The notes below the pieces were generated by a model that worked only from the letters and a program-made list of their open reading frames with translations, searched no databases and had not been told where the DNA came from. 64,000 nucleotides of DNA from a virus, in IMG/VR virus record IMGVR_UViG_3300046798_000096, positions 4,483 to 68,482 of that record; one strand, written 5' to 3'. The position numbers and the translations under genes are program-made. Shown here one piece after another: positions 42,320 through 50,586 of the stretch. Numbering within the stretch: position 1 is the stretch's first letter; every line of letters starts with the position of its first letter.

Positions 42320-44425
42320 CTACGCGGCGGTCATAATGGGTGCGTGCTTCGGGCAGTACTTCTTCTTGCTGCTGATCGCATCCTCGATGCATGTGTGATG
42401 ATAGCATAGGTCCATCTCTCTTCCCCAAGAGGGCCCAATGGTCTTGTCCACTCTGTACGGTACGTACTCGCTGATGACAGCGTTACGCATGATGTTCACT
42501 ACCGATAGAATCTCTTGTCGGCTCTTGGTGCTGCCCTGCAGTGAGTCGTGCACCACCAGCTGAAGGTAAAGATGAGGGATCTGTTCGATAGTGTCAACTA
42601 GGGACTTCTTCACTTGATCCGCTGCTGAGCCTTGAATCAACATGTTCAGGCACTTGTGCACCCAGTCATACTTGCCGCCGGGGGTCAGCGGCAGATGTAG
42701 GTGCCGGCCGAGCAGGGTGATGATCTCCCCGTACTTCGCGCCGCTCTTCTTCGCTGCTTGAATCAAGCCACGAAGGAACGGGGCGCGCTCGTGGAACTGG
42801 CGGATGATCTCCTTGCCCACGGTACCTGCACATTCGTACACGTACACGTTGTCCTCGTGGAGGCCTTGGCGGAACGCCAGCGCCTTCCACTCCTCGTCGA
42901 AGAAGCGCTCCTGCTTGTCTCGCCAGGGCCCCCAGGACACGCTGTACTGCGTAGGAAGGCCCAGCTCGCGGCACAGCTTCGCCTCACCCATCGAATAGAT
43001 GAGCCCGAGGTAGATGCTCTTCGCTCTCTTGCGCTCCAGGCCCGTCTGCTGCGACATGTAGTCGTGGTTGTCCAGCAGCGGGTCGTCATGATAAGCCTGC
43101 GCCACCTTGCGCGCACCAGGCAGGTCGAGCTTGGCTGCCCAGTGCGTGGCCAGGCGGGGCTCCTGCTGCGAGAAGTCAGCGCTGAACCAGTGGTAGCCTT
43201 CCTCTGGCTCGAAGATGTCCTTGAAGCGCGTGGACCAGTCCTGACGTGAGGGCACCTGAGTCAGGTTCGTGTGCTCGGCGCTGAACCTGCCCGTGCGTGT
43301 GCCCTTGTTCTCTTCCTTCTCGTCTTCATCACTGTCATCGACCATCTCCAGGCTGCGGTCACCCTTGGGGCTCCGAGTCTGGTTGTAGACGCAGTGGATG
43401 CGACCCTTGGTGATGTGAGCTGCAGCAGGGCGACTGAACTTCGCGCGCAGGTTCGTCATCTGCTTGCCGCGGAGCACAATCTTCCCCAGCTCGTGCGGGC
43501 AGTGCTCTAGGAAGTTCTCCGTGATCTTGTACTTGCCCTTCTTCCCCCTGGGCACGGCGACGCCCACCGACTCCAGCACTGGTCCGATGGCAGCGTTAGT
43601 GTTGAAGCTGTCGAGATGCACATCGCGGTTAGTCAGATGCTTGATCTTCGCAATCTGCACCTTCTCCTCGACGATGGACCACGTCTCGATCTCCTGCAGC
43701 TTCTTCTCGTTGACCTTCACACCACGGTGGCGCATGTCCACGATGATAGGAGTCACGCGAGCCTCGATGTCACACAACTCCTCCAGAGACATTGCAGCTA
43801 TCTTCTGCATCATCTTCGGGAACAGTGCTAGCGGAGCAGCAGTGTCAGAGAGGTTGTATGGAATGACGTAGCCTGCTGGCAGCTTCCACATCTCAGCCAT
43901 CGGGTTCTTGAGCCCGAACGCCTTGGCAGCTTCAATCAGCGCGGTCTTGTCTTTCCCTGGAACGCCCCAGCGCTTGCACAGCGCATCGAGCCGAGCTGAG
44001 CGCTCTAGCTCGTTGATGAGCGTATCGAGGATCTGCACGCAGTAGTGGCGTTTGGCTTTGGGCCACAGCACGCCGTTGACCTTCTCCCAGCAGAAGTCGT
44101 AGTACCGGTTGCAGCCGAGCACCTTGCCCTCGTAGGCGCCCGCGTTGTCTCGAAACCAAGCCCAGGCTGCCTCGGGGTTCTCAACGTTGCCGCCGCCATG
44201 GTGCTTCACGGGGAGGTACACCGAGGGGCCGTGGTCGATGGCTACGCCGATGCCGCAGACGTAGCTATCGTCCCGGTAGCAGCCTGGACCTAGCTCCTCG
44301 ATGTCCTCGTCCTTGCACTCCAGGTCTACCGCGATGATGGACGCATCTCGGAACCGGGGCCACTCATTCGGTCTTGGTGCTGCCGCCGTTATCGTCGGCG
44401 CGAACATCGGGATCTGGGTAGGCAT
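42320..44425 (-). CDS. polA: DNA polymerase family A with 3'-5' exonuclease
   Basis: Exo I VDLE; TGRFS...NL.QVP; motif A ADFSQQEPR; motif B R..AK.I.LGLIYSMG; NMLIQGSAAD; motif C VHD. Confidence 0.93.
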   Translation of the reverse strand: MPTQIPMFAPTITAAAPRPNEWPRFRDASIIAVDLECKDEDIEELGPGCYRDDSYVCGIGVAIDHGPSVYLPVKHHGGGNVENPEAAWAWFRDNAGAYEGKVLGCNRYYDFCWEKVNGVLWPKAKRHYCVQILDTLINELERSARLDALCKRWGVPGKDKTALIEAAKAFGLKNPMAEMWKLPAGYVIPYNLSDTAAPLALFPKMMQKIAAMSLEELCDIEARVTPIIVDMRHRGVKVNEKKLQEIETWSIVEEKVQIAKIKHLTNRDVHLDSFNTNAAIGPVLESVGVAVPRGKKGKYKITENFLEHCPHELGKIVLRGKQMTNLRAKFSRPAAAHITKGRIHCVYNQTRSPKGDRSLEMVDDSDEDEKEENKGTRTGRFSAEHTNLTQVPSRQDWSTRFKDIFEPEEGYHWFSADFSQQEPRLATHWAAKLDLPGARKVAQAYHDDPLLDNHDYMSQQTGLERKRAKSIYLGLIYSMGEAKLCRELGLPTQYSVSWGPWRDKQERFFDEEWKALAFRQGLHEDNVYVYECAGTVGKEIIRQFHERAPFLRGLIQAAKKSGAKYGEIITLLGRHLHLPLTPGGKYDWVHKCLNMLIQGSAADQVKKSLVDTIEQIPHLYLQLVVHDSLQGSTKSRQEILSVVNIMRNAVISEYVPYRVDKTIGPSWGREMDLCYHHTCIEDAISSKKKYCPKHAPIMTAA

Positions 44426-44798
44426 TGATCATGTCCTGCAGGATTGCTTTGAGTCCCATCAAGTCGTTCAGGTCTTGCCAGGTCAGAACAGTGCGCACAG
44501 CTTCTCGCTGCAACGCGCTCATCTTCCACTCTTCACAATACTCCTGACACGGGGAGTACAGCTTGACACGCAGTACTGCCGGCACTCTATTCCTGCGCTC
44601 GAATAGGTGGTACTGCTCTTCCAGCTTGTCCACGTAGTGGACGGCCTTCTCCAGATCCTGCTTCCCTCCCTTCTGTCTGGTGACGTAGTGCAGGATGTCC
44701 ATCTCATACGTGCCAATGCCGTACTTGTCCCAGTCCCACGGCTGGAACTTCTTGCCCTTGTAGTGCTGCCCGCCCACCTGAGTGTCGTTGGCGCTCAT
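44364..44798 (-). CDS. DUF3310 (SaV-like, putative nucleotide kinase) protein
   Basis: ANDTQVGGQHYK...QPWD...HYVTR.KGGKQDLEKAVHY. Confidence 0.85.
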   Translation of the reverse strand: MSANDTQVGGQHYKGKKFQPWDWDKYGIGTYEMDILHYVTRQKGGKQDLEKAVHYVDKLEEQYHLFERRNRVPAVLRVKLYSPCQEYCEEWKMSALQREAVRTVLTWQDLNDLMGLKAILQDMINAYPDPDVRADDNGGSTKTE

Positions 44799-45316
44799 AC
44801 CTTCATCTCCTTCTTGGCGATGGGCCCGTACTCCCCACCAGATTCCTTCTCGAACAGGCAGATGAGGTTCAGGTCGAAGGCCACTGCCGGCACAGTAGCT
44901 CTGCAGAACGCCTTCTTGCTCTTGAGCAGCGTGATGTGCGGGGTGTATTCGTAGTCGTGAGGGCCCTCCACCACAGTGCGCCCTGGCACGAGGGCACGCT
45001 TCAGGTCTCGATGGACGTGCTGCAGCATCCGGGTGGGGTCGATCAGCGTGATGACCAGGCAGCTGCCGCCACCGAAGCGCGCGAAGCCTTTGAAGCCAGT
45101 GGGCGCTGGCGGCATGTCATCCGATAGGTGTCCAAACACGCGAAGAGCAACCTCAGAGGTTTGCTCTCCGAGGTAGAGCGCGGTGATGTGGAGGTCTTCT
45201 GGCTTGCCCATCACCCCTTCCATGATGTTAGGGCGCAACTCTTCCAGAGCTTGCGTTGCACGCTTTGGAAGAGGGTATCCGATGTAGTACTTGTTCACGT
45301 CAATCTCACTTTCCAC
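44795..45316 (-). CDS. 2H phosphoesterase (LigT/ThpR/Acb1-like)
   Basis: Two HxT motifs: DLHITALYLG and YTPHITL. Confidence 0.85.
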   Translation of the reverse strand: MESEIDVNKYYIGYPLPKRATQALEELRPNIMEGVMGKPEDLHITALYLGEQTSEVALRVFGHLSDDMPPAPTGFKGFARFGGGSCLVITLIDPTRMLQHVHRDLKRALVPGRTVVEGPHDYEYTPHITLLKSKKAFCRATVPAVAFDLNLICLFEKESGGEYGPIAKKEMKV

Positions 45317-45552
45317 CCACGCCGCTGTAGCTGCTGCTTGAGCTGTTCTGTAGTTGCTTCGGTCAGGCCCCTAAGTACCACTGGTACCAACTCAGGCCTG
45401 ACATCATGGATCTCGTATGTTAGACCGGTTCCATATCCGTCGATACTGGCAATGGCCTCTTCAGGGGTAGCACCCCTGGCATAGCGGGTATCCACAGGAG
45501 GGCCTTTATGGCAAGTGTAGTCCCTAAAGTACTGGATGATGTACCAGTTCAT
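45295..45552 (-). CDS. Hypothetical protein
   Basis: ATGA-coupled. Confidence 0.5.
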   Translation of the reverse strand: MNWYIIQYFRDYTCHKGPPVDTRYARGATPEEAIASIDGYGTGLTYEIHDVRPELVPVVLRGLTEATTEQLKQQLQRRGWKVRLT

Positions 45553-45872
45553 GTGTTCTTGAATCCCGGTAGAAACTTGACTCCAACAGTGTTGACGACT
45601 GCAGGGCGCCACGTGTGACCGCAGTGCTGGCAGGAGTGAGTGTGATGAATCTTGGTGGCCCACTCACCCTCATCGATGTGCCTGTGCGCGCAGATGGGGC
45701 AGTGGATCAGCATCGGGATGGGATCACCGTTAGACTTGCCCTCCAGGCAGAACGCCTTGACGTTCTTCTGTTGCACGTACTCGTGGCAGCACAAGCATAG
45801 CTGGCCTAGGAACATGCCCTGGTCTGTTCGATTCTCGCAGTCCTTGACCAGGCACTTAATGCTGAGTGTCAT
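45549..45872 (-). CDS. Cys/His-rich zinc-binding protein
   Basis: C.V.DC, CLCC, HCPIC...H.D.GEW....HHTHSCQHCGH.W motif. Confidence 0.6.
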   Translation of the reverse strand: MTLSIKCLVKDCENRTDQGMFLGQLCLCCHEYVQQKNVKAFCLEGKSNGDPIPMLIHCPICAHRHIDEGEWATKIHHTHSCQHCGHTWRPAVVNTVGVKFLPGFKNT

Positions 45873-47137
45873 CGCCCCACCTTCACCTTTCTGCGCGCTC
45901 GCGTGACTCCGGTGTACAGCCAGCGGTGAGGGAACTCACGGCAGCAGCGGTACGACTCGTCCATCAGCACGATGTCGTTGCCTTCAGAGCCCTGGAACTT
46001 GTGTACCGTCACCGCCTGAGCTGACACCATGCTCTGCGCTCCCTGCGCGTCCATCCAGTGGATGTCCTCGCCCTTGAGCACCTTGGTGTGCACGAGCGCT
46101 TGTCTAGTAGGCTGTGTCACATCCTCGCTGCGTAAGGTCAAGCACAGCCGCTCCCCGTCGGGCGTGAAGTCGTGCACTTCCTCGGCGTACCAGATTTGCC
46201 CGTTGAAGAAGCCCTCCTTGCTGTTGCGCAGGCACATGAGCTTCTCGCCGACCTCGACCAGGTCTGTGTAACCCTTCTCCTCGCGCAGGCGCCGGTTGTA
46301 GTACTGCCGCGTCTCGTTGATGCCCACCAGCATCTGGTCGGCCTCCAGGCATTCCTGCAGCGTGACGTCGTTCGAGACCTCACTCTCCCCGTACTTGCCG
46401 ATGGGCAGACCCTGCCCGTTCTTCACACGGTGCGCCATGTGGATGATCGGGTTATCCTGGGCTTGCCGATGGGGCTCGGTGAGGTGGGAGTCTGGTTTGC
46501 GGTCGATGAAGTGACCCTTGTCCTTCACGGGTGGCAGCTGATTGGGGTCCCCCATGACCAGCATCTTCACACCAGCCTCGCGGCAGATCTTCTCGATGTC
46601 CAAGCCCAGGCGGGTGCCGATGAACGAGCACTCGTCCACGATGATGAAGTCCAGGTCCCGCATCGGGCTCTGCGTGTTCAGAGTGAACTGTGGCGCCGAC
46701 AGTGCGTCGCGCTCTTCCGCGATGCTCCGCCGCAGCTCTTCTATCTCTGCGCTGAGTGTGGCCTGCAGGCGCTTCATGGAGGCGAGCTGCTCTGCACCCT
46801 CGCAGGGCTGCTTCTGCAGCCTGTCCAGCTCTGCAGCAGCCTGCACGTAGCGCGCCTCGAAGCCTTCCAGGCGCTTCTTGCTCTGCATCGCAGGGATGTA
46901 CAGGTCACTGTGCAGCGTGCCAGCGTCGTGGTGGCCCTTGGCGCGAAGAACGGAAGCAGCCTTGCCAGTGTAGGCGTAGGCTTTGCACTGACGGCCGCGT
47001 ACGATGTTGGGGAACTCTATCGACAGAGTGGTCTTCCCTGTACCAGCATCACCGAAGAGTAGGAAGCACGGCTCGTCGTTGTCTGCGAACCGCGTCAGCG
47101 CTTTGAGGCACTGCTCCTGCTGAGGTGACCAGGCCAT
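45869..47137 (-). CDS. RecD/Dda-like SF1B helicase
   Basis: W...Q, GDAGTGKT, AYTGKAASVL, IIVDECS, GDPNQLPPV, HRQAQDNPI, TVHKFQGSE, YTGVTRA. Confidence 0.9.
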   Translation of the reverse strand: MAWSPQQEQCLKALTRFADNDEPCFLLFGDAGTGKTTLSIEFPNIVRGRQCKAYAYTGKAASVLRAKGHHDAGTLHSDLYIPAMQSKKRLEGFEARYVQAAAELDRLQKQPCEGAEQLASMKRLQATLSAEIEELRRSIAEERDALSAPQFTLNTQSPMRDLDFIIVDECSFIGTRLGLDIEKICREAGVKMLVMGDPNQLPPVKDKGHFIDRKPDSHLTEPHRQAQDNPIIHMAHRVKNGQGLPIGKYGESEVSNDVTLQECLEADQMLVGINETRQYYNRRLREEKGYTDLVEVGEKLMCLRNSKEGFFNGQIWYAEEVHDFTPDGERLCLTLRSEDVTQPTRQALVHTKVLKGEDIHWMDAQGAQSMVSAQAVTVHKFQGSEGNDIVLMDESYRCCREFPHRWLYTGVTRARRKVKVGR

Positions 47138-47305
47138 CTACTTGCCCTCGGGTGCTGCACGCTTGTCAGCTTCGATGAAGAGGAACAGGTCGTTGAGGTG
47201 TCCGATGTAGTCGCGCTGCTTGGTCTTCGGCAGTGCCTTGAATATCTCCTCGGCTGCTTCCTTGACCGCTGCTGCTTCCTGCTTGGTGAACTCACCTTGT
47301 GCCAT
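47138..47305 (-). CDS. Small helical hypothetical protein
   Basis: SD TGGAG; strong codon bias. Confidence 0.6.
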   Translation of the reverse strand: MAQGEFTKQEAAAVKEAAEEIFKALPKTKQRDYIGHLNDLFLFIEADKRAAPEGK

Positions 47306-47314
47306 CGTCGTCTC

Positions 47315-47523
47315 CAATAAAAAGCGCCCCAGCAGTGCCCCGGGGGAAGGGTTGACTGCTGGGGCATGGTTGGCGCCCCGCCACCACTCGCAAGCGTACA
47401 TGGTGATGGGGCAGAAAGGTTGCTCGGGCTTAACCCACCCGAGCGAAGTGCCTATGGCCTAACGGCCTCACAGGGGATCTATGTGCAGCTGCCTGCCCGA
47501 CTACTACGCAGCGTAGCAGTCGG
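47315..47523 (-). ncRNA. Multi-hairpin intergenic RNA element after the SSB gene, ending in a terminator-like stem
   Basis: Five stems; the last is an 11-bp stem followed by UUUUU. Confidence 0.45.
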
Positions 47524-48417
47524 CTAGAAGTGCCGCTTCTCGGTGGCGCCTTCGTCTTCGGTCTTCTCGTAGGCCTCGGCGTCGAAGTCGGCCTTCGCGC
47601 TGCCTGCCAGGATGGCCTTGCGGAACTCGGCGCCCTTGAGCAGGAGCGGGTGCACCTTGTTCGGGTCCTGCGGGTCACGACCGGGAACCAGCGTCTGGAA
47701 GTACGTCGCGCCTTCCACACCCGGCATGAACTTGACGTTCTTGAACAGCTTGCCGGAGCCCTTCTGGACTGCCTGCACGCTGGTCATCCGAGCGCGAGCC
47801 GCGAACAACGGAGGCCCACCGCGCACCTGGTCGATGGAGCTGATGAAGTCCTGCGTCGGCTTGATCTTGCTCTTGTTCGCGCCGAAGATGAAGTACCCCT
47901 GCGTGTCGTCACCGCGCTCGGTGAGGATGTGGGCGTACAGGTAGCGCGTGTCCACCAGGAAGTGCTCGCCGATCTTCAGCGGGGCTTCCTTGGTCGAGAT
48001 GTGCGTACCGTTGTTGTGCCGGATGGCCTCTTCCACCTCGGGGTCCGTGAACTGGTAGCGCGCAACGATGCCGCCACCCTTGTCGCGGTCACGCCAGAGC
48101 ACCATCACGCGCTCGATGTGAATGGGCTGGATGAGCAGGCCCACCTCGCCGGGAATGACCTCCTTGGTCACGCTGTTGAGAAAGTCGCCCGCCTTGATGC
48201 CGGGAATGGTCTGCTGCTCGACCTCGGGGCTGTTGGTCTGCATGAGGTTGAGGAACGGGATGCTCTTCTCGTTCGCCGGCAAGTCCTTCAGGCCTGCGCC
48301 TGCGAACTCACCCCAGCCCTCGACTGGGCCGCCTGGATCGGCGAGCACCATGCCGCCGCTGGCCGCCATCGCGGGAACCAATGCCGTCGACTCTTCCACC
48401 TTGGATTGTTTTGCCAC
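47524..48417 (-). CDS. Single-stranded DNA-binding/annealing protein (YuA-like)
   Basis: FAGAGL.D......IPFL.LMQTNSPEV family motif, acidic C-terminal tail; position beside the helicase. Confidence 0.7.
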   Translation of the reverse strand: MAKQSKVEESTALVPAMAASGGMVLADPGGPVEGWGEFAGAGLKDLPANEKSIPFLNLMQTNSPEVEQQTIPGIKAGDFLNSVTKEVIPGEVGLLIQPIHIERVMVLWRDRDKGGGIVARYQFTDPEVEEAIRHNNGTHISTKEAPLKIGEHFLVDTRYLYAHILTERGDDTQGYFIFGANKSKIKPTQDFISSIDQVRGGPPLFAARARMTSVQAVQKGSGKLFKNVKFMPGVEGATYFQTLVPGRDPQDPNKVHPLLLKGAEFRKAILAGSAKADFDAEAYEKTEDEGATEKRHF

Positions 48418-48462
48418 GTTACTTGTTCTTTCGTTGTGTTGTTGAGCTGAGTAGCGCCTTCG

Positions 48463-49110
48463 CTACTCAGCTGATCTGCGGGCCTTCTTGGCCTTCTTCT
48501 CTTTGATCTTGAAGGACACCTGCTCTACCACATGGATGCCGAACAGGCCAAACTGATCCTTGGTGATCTTGCTCGCCTCCACCATGCGTGCGCACCAGGC
48601 GCTGTAGCGCGAGGACTGCACGGTTTCCTGAACACTGTACGCAAGTCCAGCTTCGTCGAGCTTGGCACGTGCTGCAGCCAGCTCTGCTTCCTGCCCTGCA
48701 TTGAAGGGCAGCGTGACGTCGTTGGTGAGCAGCGCACCGAAGCCGTTGTCCTTCATGAACTTCAGCACGTACTCTCGATTGCCCTTGCTGAGAGCACCGC
48801 CTGGGTCCTTCTCGCGCTCGAACACAGCGGTCTGTCCGTTCGCCAACTCCAGCTTGTATTCCGTCAGGTTGCCAGCGCGCTTCATCAGCTCCGGCATCTC
48901 GCCGAAACGAGTCTTGTTGCGCTTGGCAGTGACTTCCTTGAGCACCTCTACCTGACGCTCCACCTCTGCATCCTCGCGGATGAACCGGAGTGCCATCGCC
49001 TCCAGCTCCTGCATGATGTTCTGCGGCAGCTTCTCGTCACGCACAGCGGCGTACGGGTCTTCCCCTGGTGCCAGCACTTGCTCGTTCAGTTCCATCGTCT
49101 GTGTCTCCAA
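48463..49110 (-). CDS. Conserved replication-module protein
   Basis: MPELMK..G...Y.L..G...; FMKDNGFG.L..N.V...F..G.E pattern, typically upstream of SSB in these phages. Confidence 0.65.
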   Translation of the reverse strand: METQTMELNEQVLAPGEDPYAAVRDEKLPQNIMQELEAMALRFIREDAEVERQVEVLKEVTAKRNKTRFGEMPELMKRAGNLTEYKLELANGQTAVFEREKDPGGALSKGNREYVLKFMKDNGFGALLTNDVTLPFNAGQEAELAAARAKLDEAGLAYSVQETVQSSRYSAWCARMVEASKITKDQFGLFGIHVVEQVSFKIKEKKAKKARRSAE

Positions 49111-49214
49111 TAATAGGGGAGCTGGCGTCGGGTGCTCTGCCTCATCAGCAAAGTCGTTTGGTTCAGGCCGGCAAGGACCCCGTGTTTTTCCCGACCCTCC
49201 GTCAGCTCTCAGTT

Positions 49215-49243
49215 GTTCTATCCCTGGTCCTGCTTAGTGTCAA
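49215..49243 (-). promoter_or_regulatory. Promoter TTGACA-CTA..-TAGAAC with ~100-nt structured leader
   Basis: 17-bp spacer; the leader at 49115-49208 folds into a long stem. Confidence 0.6.
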
Positions 49244-49586
49244 GAGGCTTCCGTACTCTTGATCTCAGTAGCTCACCACACTCATACTGCGACCCCTGAA
49301 ACGCATGGTCCACCGTCAAGCCAGTAAACTCGTAGCCGCGGTACTTGTCAGCTTCGGCCAGGTCCGTCAGTACTGATGACCGAGCAATACGTACCACACT
49401 TCCATCAGGCTTAGTCCAGATGGACTCCACATGATGGAACTTACCACCAATGCGCATACAGAGGCGGATCACTGCACTCAAATCCTGCGTACACCAGACG
49501 AACAAACTGCCGTCCCTGCAACGCTCCAGCTGCCGCGTCGTTCGCCCGGTACCACGATGCTCGTCTGCTAGTACACCCACAGGCAT
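49218..49586 (-). CDS. Miniature terminase-ATPase-like protein
   Basis: Start MPVGVLADEHRGTGRTT; IWTKPDGSVVRI, DKYRGYEFTGLTVDH, LLRSRVR. Confidence 0.55.
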   Translation of the reverse strand: MPVGVLADEHRGTGRTTRQLERCRDGSLFVWCTQDLSAVIRLCMRIGGKFHHVESIWTKPDGSVVRIARSSVLTDLAEADKYRGYEFTGLTVDHAFQGSQYECGELLRSRVRKPLDTKQDQG

Positions 49587-50389
49587 TCCTGCACCTCTCC
49601 TCTCTTCGATGCGCCCACGGTGCGCTTCAGCGAGACCGTCTCCCTGGGCTTGCCGTAGACCTCCAGGCTCGCGTCGGTGTCCGAGCCACAGACGATGACC
49701 AGCGCACCCTTGCGAGCGCAGTGCTTGGCCTGTGCAGCCAGAATCGTGTGCTGCCGCAGACCGAATCCTTCGAGGGTGTAGTCCTCGAACAGATCCAGGT
49801 AGGGCGGGTCGAAGAACACGACGTCCCCTTCGCCGCACTCCCTGTTCAGATGCGTGTGCGGAGCGGTCGCCAGGATCTCGAACGGGGTGGCACTCAGGGT
49901 GGCCCTGGCGAAGGCTGCCGAGCCCAGGAGTAGCTGGGCCGTCGGGAAGCTGGCCAGCGTTCGGGGTAGGTTGTTGCCCGTCTTGCCGAGGGGCGTGTTC
50001 AGGTGGCCTGCCTTGTTCACGCGCCACAGGCCGTTGAAGCACATGTGGTTCAGTGCCAGGAACTGCGCTGCGCGCTTCGCAGGCTTCGTCGTCTCGCGCG
50101 TGAGGTTGAACTGGTCCCGGATGGTGTAGTAGTTCTCATCGCGCAGCTGCTCTAGCTGCGCGATGACACTGCGTGGCCGCTCCTTGATGGCGCTGTACGC
50201 CTCGATGAGCGCTACGTTGGCGTCGTTCAGGTAGGAGATGCCTTCGACCCGCTCGTGCAGGTCGAAGAACACTGCTGCTCCGCCAGTGAAGGACTCGAAG
50301 TAGTTCCGGATTCGCCTCTTTCCGATGATCTCAGAGATAACCGGCAAGAGGCGGGTCTTGCCTCCCACCCAGCGTAGGATGGGAGTCAC
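49568..50389 (-). CDS. DNA adenine methyltransferase (Dam/D12 class)
   Basis: LRWVGGK, ESFTGGAAVFF, ND.N, FLALNHMCFNGLWR.N..G..N.P.G, FDPPY. Confidence 0.9.
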   Translation of the reverse strand: MTPILRWVGGKTRLLPVISEIIGKRRIRNYFESFTGGAAVFFDLHERVEGISYLNDANVALIEAYSAIKERPRSVIAQLEQLRDENYYTIRDQFNLTRETTKPAKRAAQFLALNHMCFNGLWRVNKAGHLNTPLGKTGNNLPRTLASFPTAQLLLGSAAFARATLSATPFEILATAPHTHLNRECGEGDVVFFDPPYLDLFEDYTLEGFGLRQHTILAAQAKHCARKGALVIVCGSDTDASLEVYGKPRETVSLKRTVGASKRGEVQECLWVY

Positions 50390-50586
50390 AGAGGCTCGTC
50401 CATGCCAGGTATCGGCGGTAGGACCCCCGCCTCCAGTCTGACCTCGAACATATCGTTCTGCCTGTCCAGATGAACGCTCATCACCTTGACAGGCACTGCA
50501 TCTGGCCTGCGCTCAGAGTCCAGGTACATCTGCACAGCAGCAATGATGGTGGCTTCGTTGAGGCTCAGCTTGTTGTTGCCAATCAC
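50386..50586 (-). CDS. Hypothetical protein
   Basis: GTGA-coupled. Confidence 0.55.
   Translation of the reverse strand: MIGNNKLSLNEATIIAAVQMYLDSERRPDAVPVKVMSVHLDRQNDMFEVRLEAGVLPPIPGMDEPL

Noticed and set aside
42320-44425. DpoZ / 2-aminoadenine (Z) genome
   Set aside because: No PurZ or DatZ-like gene recognised, and a Dam-type adenine methylase is present.
49135-49160. Hammerhead ribozyme suggested by CUGAUGAG on the minus strand
   Set aside because: The motif forms the loop of a simple CUUUGC/GCAGAG hairpin; the required stem II C-G before GAAA and stem I/III are absent.
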